Shown here: positions 1 through 7,329 of the stretch, in pieces | How the letters are laid out: each line of letters starts with the position of its first letter | How positions within the stretch are numbered: the stretch's first letter is position 1 | IMG/VR virus record: IMGVR_UViG_3300037257_000073 | Reading direction: 5' to 3' (one strand) | Source: a virus | Lineage: Duplodnaviria; Heunggongvirae; Uroviricota; Caudoviricetes | DNA: 24,685 bases | Translations under genes and position numbers: made by a program | Notes under the pieces: generated by a model | Told to the model about the DNA's origin: nothing | Database searches by the model: none | What the model saw: the letters and a program-made list of their open reading frames with translations, nothing else

Positions 1-156
1 AAGACTAAATCTACAATAACATTATTTCTATCTAATTATCAAGAAATAATAATTACAAGATCAACTCCAGAGAATGATGAATATTATATAAATAAATGGA
101 CTAATTTTTACAAAGAATATGGACAAACAATTAAAGAGAACTCTCAAGAAGCTTAA
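1..156 (+). CDS. Hypothetical protein, 3' part (5' end outside window)
   Basis: Frame 1 is open from base 1 to TAA at 154-156 (KTKSTITLFLSNYQEIIITRSTPENDEYYINKWTNFYKEYGQTIKENSQEA). Confidence 0.5.
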   Translation, partial: KTKSTITLFLSNYQEIIITRSTPENDEYYINKWTNFYKEYGQTIKENSQEA

Positions 157-274
157 CAATTATAAGATTAGATTACTTATCGAATTAGAATGTGATCCAG
201 ATCTTAATGTTAACGATGCATTACGTAAACTAAATAAAGTAGACAAACTAATAAATAAATTAAATGGAGAATAA
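119..274 (+). CDS. Small hypothetical protein (51 aa)
   Basis: ATG 119 to TAA 272-274 (MDKQLKRTLKKLNNYKIRLL...NGE). Overlaps both neighbours in a tightly packed operon; not in the track. Confidence 0.5.
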   Translation: MDKQLKRTLKKLNNYKIRLLIELECDPDLNVNDALRKLNKVDKLINKLNGE

Positions 275-485
275 CTTAGACAAAGCAACAGTACAACACT
301 ATAATAAACTAACAGTAGAAGATGTAGAAAAAGTTCTAGCTTCTATGCCAGATAATCCATTCGACTATCCTAAGTATTTGGGAGAAGGAATCTATGAAAT
401 ATCCAAAGGATGTTTCACAGGACAAAGAGGAATGGAAGAATTTAATAAATCACTAACAGACCACATAAAACAATGGCACTTATAA
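264..485 (+). CDS. Hypothetical protein (73 aa)
   Basis: Track ORF, A-rich upstream sequence, TAA stop, overlaps neighbours. Confidence 0.65.
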   Translation: MENNLDKATVQHYNKLTVEDVEKVLASMPDNPFDYPKYLGEGIYEISKGCFTGQRGMEEFNKSLTDHIKQWHL

Positions 486-736
486 AAGAAGATCTAACAG
501 CAGAGGTTAGACTATATGAACTAACAGATGATATACTAGATAAAATATATAATATTGATTGTATACTTTCTAAAGTTAGATCAGAAATGACAAGACTATC
601 AGAAGCAAGTCTTATTGATTTAGACTTATCTACAAAAGATGTAAACAAACTATATAAATTTAAACAAGTAACAGATAGTTTATATGCAGCACTCCAAGAA
701 CTTCGAGGAGAAATAGAAGAATTTAATAATGAATAA
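473..736 (+). CDS. Hypothetical helical/coiled-coil protein (87 aa)
   Basis: Track ORF with heptad-like Leu pattern and coupled overlaps. Confidence 0.65.
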   Translation: MALIKEDLTAEVRLYELTDDILDKIYNIDCILSKVRSEMTRLSEASLIDLDLSTKDVNKLYKFKQVTDSLYAALQELRGEIEEFNNE

Positions 737-1166
737 TAAATATTATACACCAAAAGTAGAAGAATTTCATGTAGGATTTGAATACGAAGAATTTATAAAT
801 TTTGATATGTTACTTATTAGATCAATAGATCATGAAGATGATATTATATGGATTAAAACACATCTTGATGTAAATATGACTTTTGAATTTATGGAGATTC
901 CATTTAAAATAATGAGAGATTGTATAAGAGTTAAATACTTAGATAAAGAAGATATAGAAGATTTAGGGTTTAAATTTCATGAACATTTATACGGAGCATC
1001 TCAATATTTTTATAAAGATATAAAATTACATGATAGAGGATTTGGATTAAGTATATATTCATCTAAACATATAATAGATGCATCACAAGATGAATGTTTA
1101 TTTAATGGACTAATTAAAAATAAATCGGAACTAAAAGTATTACTTAAACAATTAAATATTTCTTAA
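729..1166 (+). CDS. Conserved phage hypothetical protein (145 aa)
   Basis: Track ORF. The YYTPxxEEFHVGFEYE and IRVKYLDKEDIE motifs resemble a family of Bacteroidota-phage hypothetical proteins (from memory). Confidence 0.7.
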   Translation: MNNKYYTPKVEEFHVGFEYEEFINFDMLLIRSIDHEDDIIWIKTHLDVNMTFEFMEIPFKIMRDCIRVKYLDKEDIEDLGFKFHEHLYGASQYFYKDIKLHDRGFGLSIYSSKHIIDASQDECLFNGLIKNKSELKVLLKQLNIS

Positions 1167-1268
1167 ATGCAAAACGATCTTAAAAACTTTTACGACAACT
1201 GGTACTTCTACCAAGAATATAAAGATAAACCGCACTACCCTGGTGCACACACAATTATATATAAATAA
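1167..1268 (+). CDS. Possible small protein (33 aa)
   Basis: ATG immediately after the TAA of the previous gene; MQNDLKNFYDNWYFYQEYKDKPHYPGAHTIIYK; fills the gap before 1272. Confidence 0.4.
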   Translation: MQNDLKNFYDNWYFYQEYKDKPHYPGAHTIIYK

Positions 1269-1271
1269 ACT

Positions 1272-1637
1272 ATGGAAATAATTTCTTATCAAAACTACAC
1301 AACAGTTGCACGATTAAATTCGATACTAAAAGAAGTTGGTATTAATGATAGATTCTTACTAGAACCTATTGAAACACTAAACGAACTTGGTGTAAAAATT
1401 ACAATCCCATCATTAATCACAAACAAAGCTCCTTATTCTATTGAGATTAAGTTAGATTATAAACAAAATAGTTTAACCGTTTCACAAATAATAGGGTCTA
1501 TAAACAAAGATTTATCCGACTTACTTAGATCTATTAAACCATCACTTACTAGTTTACTAACTCTACAAAAAGCAATAAATGGTATAGTAACTATAACAGA
1601 CATTAACATTACAAACGAAAACTTTAATGCAAACTAA
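1272..1637 (+). CDS. Hypothetical protein (121 aa)
   Basis: Track ORF, TAA stop, overlaps the next gene. Confidence 0.6.
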   Translation: MEIISYQNYTTVARLNSILKEVGINDRFLLEPIETLNELGVKITIPSLITNKAPYSIEIKLDYKQNSLTVSQIIGSINKDLSDLLRSIKPSLTSLLTLQKAINGIVTITDINITNENFNAN

Positions 1638-2088
1638 ACTTAAACTAATTACATTATACGCAGTACTTAAAGAAGCTTCTAAAATTGGAGGAGCAAAATT
1701 CAGATATGCAGTTCTTAAGAATTTAAAAAGTATTGATAGTGAAATCGAATCACTTAAAACAATTGAGAAAGATATTGAAGAAATTATTAAAGATTTCAAT
1801 GAAGCTAAAAATATTATCATTATGGAACACGGAACTCCAGATGAAAAAGGTATACACGTAGTTAAACCAGGTGACGAGAACTTTGAACTAGTTAATAAGA
1901 AAATTAAAGATCTAGTTAAAACTCATGAAACTTCTCTAGATCTTTATAGACTTAAACGAGAAGAGTATGAAAAACTTTTAAAAGAAGATGCTGAATTTGA
2001 TTTTAATTTATTTGAAATCAATATTGATAATATTCCAGATGAGTTAAAAGATCTAGAAATCTTAATGGACTTCGAGATAGTAAAATAA
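1627..2088 (+). CDS. Hypothetical acidic coiled-coil protein (153 aa)
   Basis: Track ORF, E/K-rich and helical. Confidence 0.7.
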   Translation: MQTKLKLITLYAVLKEASKIGGAKFRYAVLKNLKSIDSEIESLKTIEKDIEEIIKDFNEAKNIIIMEHGTPDEKGIHVVKPGDENFELVNKKIKDLVKTHETSLDLYRLKREEYEKLLKEDAEFDFNLFEINIDNIPDELKDLEILMDFEIVK

Positions 2089-2105
2089 TAAACATAAAAT
2101 TACAT

Positions 2106-2164
2106 ATACTGCTAATTTTCAATAATATTTATATTATAGATTTTTATTGAATTTTTAGCAGTAT
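2106..2164. repeat. Imperfect inverted repeat overlapping the promoter
   Basis: Left arm ATACTGCTAATTTTCAATAA (2106-2125); right arm TTATTGAATTTTTAGCAGTAT (2144-2164). Confidence 0.6.
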
Positions 2165-2169
2165 CTTTG
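2162..2169 (+). promoter_or_regulatory. Bacteroidota-type sigma70 -7 promoter element
   Basis: TATCTTTG matches TAnnTTTG in an intergenic gap, about 25 nt before ATG 2194. No clear -33 element. Confidence 0.6.
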
Positions 2170-2193
2170 TAGTATAGAAAATGAGAATGATAT

Positions 2194-2622
2194 ATGGAAG
2201 AAATACTAAAGAAATTTAATTACAAACCCACAGAAGAAAATACTTGGGTTAAAGGTGAATGGACTGTTAGATTTGATGATGAACTCGTCGAAGTTTTTAA
2301 CGATCCTAATAAAAGTGCAGGCGAATATTATAGTTCACCAATTGCAACAGTAGATTTAGAATTAATATTAATGGAAGTTGATAGGAAAAATCGCTGACCA
2401 ATCGTTACTATGGTTACTGATATGATTACCGATGTAAATGCAGAATCAGAAAATGCAACTGGAAATACTTATATAATGTTTACTCCTCATAGAGTATGGT
2501 TAAAAGATTGGTTAAGGTTATGGGGTCAAGAAGAAAATGGAAGTTATTCTATTACAGGTAACAATATCTTTGTTGTTGATTCAACACTAAGTAAAGTAAT
2601 AGATATTACAAAACTAATATAA
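2194..2622 (+). CDS. Hypothetical protein (142 aa with TGA=Trp; track fragments 67 + 70 aa)
   Basis: Track ORFs 2194..2397 and 2410..2622 are in the same frame, separated only by TGA 2395-2397 plus four sense codons. Two separate genes cannot be excluded. Confidence 0.55.
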
Positions 2623-2651
2623 AAGTTAGAGGTTCTTTAAAACCTCATCAT

Positions 2652-2724
2652 ACCTTTGTAGTGTAATGGTTAGCACACAAATCTTCAAAATTTGTAAGTG
2701 TGAGTTCGAGTCTTACCAAGGGTG
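2652..2724 (+). tRNA. Opal-suppressor tRNA-Trp, anticodon TCA
   Basis: Full cloverleaf: acceptor ACCTTTG/CAAGGGT; D arm GTGT-AATGGTTA-GCAC; anticodon arm CAAAT-CTTCAAA-ATTTG (TCA at 2685-2687); 5-nt variable loop; T arm GTGAG-TTCGAGT-CTTAC; discriminator G. A1-U72 and G73 fit tRNA-Trp identity. No encoded CCA. Confidence 0.93.
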
Positions 2725-2742
2725 CAAAATGATAGAATAAAT

Positions 2743-3309
2743 ATGAATAGAACAAGTAAAGAAGAATTAGAAAAACTAATATTAATAGATAAGTTATCAT
2801 ATGCTGAAATAGCAAGAACATTTGGTGTATCTGATGTTACTATTAGAACCTGGGCAATTAAACTAGGGATAAATATTCCTAGCCGAAAAAAAATATTGGA
2901 AAATAAGATATGTTTAAATTGTAATAATGAATTTAAACCATCTGGAACTACAAATAAATATTGTAGTCAACAATGTTCAAATGAACATAAAATAATTTTA
3001 AATTATGAAAAATATAAATTAGATAATTCCATACTTTATGGACAATCTAATATGTCAAATTATAAAAAACATTTTTTAAAAGAACAAGATTATAAATGTA
3101 CAATTTGTGGAAATCCGAATACTTGGAATGATAAAGAATTGGTATTTGTTTTAGATCACATTGATGGTAATGCTGATAATAATGAACGTAGCAATTTAAG
3201 GTGTATATGTCCTAATTGCGATAGTCAACTTGATACATTTAAATCTAAAAATAAAAATAGTGCTAGAGCAAAATACAGACAAACTTTAAAGGTGGAGGAA
3301 TGTGTATAA
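2743..3309 (+). CDS. HNH endonuclease with N-terminal HTH and Zn-binding motifs (probable free-standing homing endonuclease)
   Basis: N-terminal HTH (LSYAEIARTFGVSDVTIRTW), CxxC motifs, and C-terminal CTICG...LDHIDGNADNNERSNLRCICPNCDSQ. The track GTG start at 2722 overlaps the tRNA, so ATG 2743 is preferred. Confidence 0.85.
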   Translation: MNRTSKEELEKLILIDKLSYAEIARTFGVSDVTIRTWAIKLGINIPSRKKILENKICLNCNNEFKPSGTTNKYCSQQCSNEHKIILNYEKYKLDNSILYGQSNMSNYKKHFLKEQDYKCTICGNPNTWNDKELVFVLDHIDGNADNNERSNLRCICPNCDSQLDTFKSKNKNSARAKYRQTLKVEECV

Positions 3310-3488
3310 TGACCGAACTAGAACAAAAAATAATAGAATTAAGAAAAGAAGGATTAAGTTATAGAAATATTCAAATAAAATTAGGTAATCCTTCTAAAAA
3401 ATTTATAAGAGAAACACTTTTACAATACACTCCGGATTTAGTTGGAGATATAGTAAAAAATTATAATAAACTAGAACCTAAATGGTAA
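3309..3488 (+). CDS. Small HTH DNA-binding protein (59 aa)
   Basis: TAATG stop/start coupling with the HNH gene; EQKIIELRKEGLSYRNIQIKLG is an HTH-like pattern. Confidence 0.65.
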   Translation: MTELEQKIIELRKEGLSYRNIQIKLGNPSKKFIRETLLQYTPDLVGDIVKNYNKLEPKW

Positions 3489-3564
3489 CTAAGAAATAGT
3501 GTAAGGTATATGACAACAGGGATTCTATATCCATTAAATGATAATCTCATATCAACCAAGCACC

Positions 3565-3595
3565 AAGCCCATTATCAAAAGTAGTGGGCTTTTTT
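3565..3595 (+). terminator. Rho-independent terminator
   Basis: AAGCCCATTAT-caaaa-GTAGTGGGCTT stem followed by a T run. Confidence 0.8.
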
Positions 3596-3656
3596 AATAA
3601 TTAAATAAACAATTAGAGGAAACAAACAGAAACTCTTAATTAAAATTAAACAAAGA

Positions 3657-5921
3657 ATGAACGCAGGAAAGAAATTTTTGAGTGACTTAAAACTTCACTC
3701 TGACTACTTAAAGTGGAGACCAGAAGAAGGTCGATACGAAACATGGAATGAAGCATGTGAGTCTATAATCAATGGTCATAAAGATCATTATGCAGATGTA
3801 GACCTAAGTAAAGAATTAGAATACGCATTGAAATATATGCAATCTAAAACGGTACTAGCTTCACAACGAAATCTACAGTATAGAAATGAGCAGATCGAAC
3901 GTAACAATGCAAGACTTTATAATTGTTCATCTATGTATGCTGCTAGAAATAAAATATTCCAAGAAGTATTTTACTTAGCATTAAGTGGTTGTGGTGTAGG
4001 ATTAGGATTACTTATTCCTTTTGTGAATAACATTTCACAAGTAAATAAAAGAACTAAAGGGACTAAAACATTTATTGTTCCCGATTCAATTGAAGGATGG
4101 TCTGATGCATTTGGTGTATTGATGTCATCATTCTTCATTGATAAACAACCTTTTCCAGAGTATGCAGGATACGAAATTAAATTTGACTATTCAGAAGTAA
4201 GAGAAAAAGGTGCATTCATTAGTGGAGGATTCAAAGCTCCAGGACCTGATGGTTTAAAACAATCATTTGAAAAGATCGAAGAGTTCTTAAATAAATGGAT
4301 TACATCAGAAGGCACTAAACTAAGACCAATCGCTGTATGTGATATTCTATGTCACATCTCAGACGCAGTATTATCAGGTGGAGTTAGACGTTCTGCTCTT
4401 AACATGATTGTTGATCCAAATGATGATGAAATGATTAATGCTAAAGTTGGTAACTGGAGAACTAATAACCCACAACGTGGAAGAACAAATAATTCGGTGT
4501 TACTTCTTAGAAGTTTAACCGGAAAAGAAGAATTTGAAAAGCTTGTTAAAATGAATGATGGATATTCTGACATTGGTTTTGCATTTGCTAACTCATGGTT
4601 TGATATGTTCAATCCTTGTTTCGAAATTCTTAAACACCCAATTCTTCATTCAAAAATTAGTACAAAAATAAATGATGTATCTTATGATAAGATAGAAGAA
4701 TTTATTAGAGATAATGAAGACAAACTAGGTGTAGCATTCTGTAATCTTTGTGAGATTAATGCAGAACAATGTGATATAGTTGAGAATTTTTATTCTGCGT
4801 GTATTGCTGGTGCAATCATTGGAACACTACAAGCAGGTTATACATCATTTCCTTATCTTGGAGAAACCACTGAAAAGATTGTAAGACAAGAAGCTCTATT
4901 AGGAGTATCTGTTACAGGATGGATGAATAACCCAATGTTGTTTAACACCGACATTTTAAAACATGGTGCATCTTTAGTTAAAGAAACAAACAAGACAATA
5001 GCTGAAAAGATTGGAATTAATCAAGCTGCTAGAACGACATGTGTTAAACCATCGGGTAATGCATCTGTAGTATTGGGAACTGCGTCAGGTATTCATCCTG
5101 AACATTCTCAAAAGTATTTTAGAATCATGCAACTAAACAAAGAAAACGATACAGCCAAATGGTTGAACAAACATATGTCTTATCTTTTAGAAGAAAGTGT
5201 TTGGTCAAGTACTGGATCTGATTATGTTGTATTTGTTCCTATTGAGAATCCTATTGAGGGATTATATAAGAAAGACGTAAAAGGTGTTAAACATCTTGAA
5301 CTAATAAAACTAGTACAATTAAATTGGGTAAATGAGGGAACTAATCGCGATCTATGTGCATATCCTGATGTGAATCATAATACATCTAATACTGTTATTG
5401 TTGATGATCAAAAAGCTGTTATAGATTATATTTGGAATAACAAACATGACTTTACAGCAGTATCCTTTATATCTGATTACGGAGATAAAGATTTTACACA
5501 AGCTCCATTCACATCTGTATCTTCATTAGATCAACTAATGAGTGACTATGGAAAAGGTGCATTATTCGCATCTGGATTAATTGTTGATGGACTACATTAT
5601 TTTAACGACAATCTTTGGATTGCTTGTGATATGATTAAAGATAAATCAGTTCCTATTACTGGAACAAGAGAACAAGTAATGCTTAAGAAATATTGGTTGG
5701 CTAGAGCAAAGAAATTTGCTAACAACTTCTTTGGAGGAGATTTACAAAAGACTGTATATTGTTTAAAAGATGTACATCTATTTCATAAATGGGAAGTAAT
5801 TAATAGACAATTTAAACCAGTTGACTTTGGAGAGATTCTAAACAAGCCAACATATAAAGACATTAGTGACACAGCGGCCCAAGCTTGTAGCGGAGGTTCA
5901 TGTGAGATCACTAGATTATAA
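3657..5921 (+). CDS. nrdJ: Ribonucleotide reductase catalytic subunit, most like monomeric class II (RTPR/NrdJm)
   Basis: 754 aa with LYNCS, GGVRRSA, NPCFEI, CNLCEIN, TCVKPSG and C-terminal CSGGSCE motifs. No nrdB in the window. All 14 Trp codons are TGG. Confidence 0.8.
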   Translation: MNAGKKFLSDLKLHSDYLKWRPEEGRYETWNEACESIINGHKDHYADVDLSKELEYALKYMQSKTVLASQRNLQYRNEQIERNNARLYNCSSMYAARNKIFQEVFYLALSGCGVGLGLLIPFVNNISQVNKRTKGTKTFIVPDSIEGWSDAFGVLMSSFFIDKQPFPEYAGYEIKFDYSEVREKGAFISGGFKAPGPDGLKQSFEKIEEFLNKWITSEGTKLRPIAVCDILCHISDAVLSGGVRRSALNMIVDPNDDEMINAKVGNWRTNNPQRGRTNNSVLLLRSLTGKEEFEKLVKMNDGYSDIGFAFANSWFDMFNPCFEILKHPILHSKISTKINDVSYDKIEEFIRDNEDKLGVAFCNLCEINAEQCDIVENFYSACIAGAIIGTLQAGYTSFPYLGETTEKIVRQEALLGVSVTGWMNNPMLFNTDILKHGASLVKETNKTIAEKIGINQAARTTCVKPSGNASVVLGTASGIHPEHSQKYFRIMQLNKENDTAKWLNKHMSYLLEESVWSSTGSDYVVFVPIENPIEGLYKKDVKGVKHLELIKLVQLNWVNEGTNRDLCAYPDVNHNTSNTVIVDDQKAVIDYIWNNKHDFTAVSFISDYGDKDFTQAPFTSVSSLDQLMSDYGKGALFASGLIVDGLHYFNDNLWIACDMIKDKSVPITGTREQVMLKKYWLARAKKFANNFFGGDLQKTVYCLKDVHLFHKWEVINRQFKPVDFGEILNKPTYKDISDTAAQACSGGSCEITRL

Positions 5922-5937
5922 ACTTAACAAACAATTT

Positions 5938-6648
5938 ATGGGAAAAGGCACACGAGAAAAGCGTACTGAGAAACGCGAGAAAAACAGATTACCCGAAAAA
6001 CAATCTAACTTAGTAAATGATTTCAAACCAAAGAATGAGAAACAACAAGAGTTTATTAACCTTATAAATGATAGAGAGATTATCATTGCTACAGGTCCTG
6101 CTGGAACAGGTAAGACATATGTAACATTAGCAACAGCTTTATCATTATTAGGTTCAATCTATAAAAAGGTTATTCTTGTAAAGTCAGTAACTACTATTCC
6201 CGGAGAAGAAATAGGATTCCTTAAAGGTGGAATGGAACAGAAAATGGAACCATTTATAATGTCTTATATGTGAAATATTGATAAGATCTGCGGAGATAAA
6301 TCTGCACAGAACTTACTTGATAAAAAAATAATTGAAGTATTACCACTAGCTTTTATTAGAGGTTTATCAATTGATAATGCTATTGTAATAATCGATGAAG
6401 CACAAAACATAGATAATCATACTTTTAAAACAATGATGACTAGAATTGGAGAAAACTCAAAATACATTCTTCTTGGAGATAGTGAACAAATAGATAGACG
6501 TAAGAAAAGCGAATCGTGTTTAGCGAAAGTTATTGAGATATTTACTGATTCAGATATTATTGGATCAATAGAATTTAAAGATGAGGATTGTGTGAGAAAT
6601 CCAATCATTCCTATAATTTTATCTAAACTAAGAGAGAACGGAATCTAA
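5938..6648 (+). CDS. phoH: PhoH-family ATPase (236 aa, one in-frame TGA at 6271)
   Basis: Walker A GPAGTGKT, GEEIGFLKG, LAFIRG, Walker B IIDEAQN, TRIGENSK and LGDSEQID are all in one frame across TGA 6271-6273. Confidence 0.92.
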
Positions 6649-6653
6649 GTTAT

Positions 6654-6681
6654 AAGGGAGCATGTAAATGCTCCCTTTTTT
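6654..6681 (+). terminator. Rho-independent terminator
   Basis: AAGGGAGCAT-gtaa-ATGCTCCCTT followed by TTTT, directly after phoH. Confidence 0.9.
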
Positions 6682-6702
6682 CTGTATATACTAAAATGTG
6701 AT

Positions 6703-6722
6703 TTGTGAGATATATCTTACAA
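6703..6722. promoter_or_regulatory. 20-bp near-perfect palindrome, candidate operator
   Basis: TTGTGAGATA|TATCTTACAA (one mismatch), between the terminator and the next promoter element. Confidence 0.4.
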
Positions 6723-6773
6723 TTTTATTTTAAATTTATACATGGTTATTATTTTTATGACAAAAATTATTAA

Positions 6774-6781
6774 TACCTTTG
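6774..6781 (+). promoter_or_regulatory. Bacteroidota-type -7 promoter element
   Basis: TACCTTTG (TAnnTTTG) in the intergenic gap upstream of the long operon starting at 6867. Confidence 0.55.
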
Positions 6782-6866
6782 TACAAATATAATGGAGATA
6801 TGAATATGTATAAATGAAAAATTAAAGTTAAAGACAAACAATTTATTACATAAATAAAGATTAAAA

Positions 6867-7325
6867 ATGACAGAATTACTAGTAGGCGGTGCAGTAACAA
6901 TTGCAGTATCAGCATTTACTTTCCTTTTAGGAAAGGGTAAAAATCAAGCTGAAACAGAAAAGCTTGAAAAAGAAACAGAGAAAATAGAAATCGAGACTAA
7001 GTTCGATGAGGTTAAATTACTTAAAGAAATTAATCAAAACTTATCAGATCAATACGAAAAAAATGATAAGAGATGGACTGAACGTTACGCCGAAATGGAA
7101 AAAAAGTGAATGACTATTGTAAGCCAATATGAAGTTTATAAAACTCAAACTGAAAAACGTATTTGTGAACTTGAAGAAATTGTAAAGAATCAAGATAGAG
7201 ATAAATGTTTAGGTGATTTATGTCCTACTAAAATAGAATATAATAAGATCCTAGCAAAAAGATTAGAGAGAAAAAGAAACTCCGCTATGAAAAAATTTAA
7301 TCAAAGCGGTACAAAACAGGAATAA
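6867..7325 (+). CDS. N-terminally membrane-anchored coiled-coil protein (152 aa with TGA 7107=Trp); possibly holin-like or lysis-associated
   Basis: Hydrophobic N-terminus (LLVGGAVTIAVSAFTFLLG) followed by a long coiled coil. The two track ORFs join in frame at TGA-ATG. Confidence 0.6.
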
Positions 7326-7329
7326 GAAT

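Noticed and set aside
2652-2724. tRNA-Sec / selenoprotein interpretation
   Set aside because: Short variable loop and 7-bp acceptor stem, and TGAs fall at Trp rather than Cys positions.
3489-3656. Cobalamin riboswitch or leader peptide (24-aa ORF from 3510) upstream of RNR
   Set aside because: No recognisable B12-box or riboswitch core; the ORF runs into the terminator stem and has no support.
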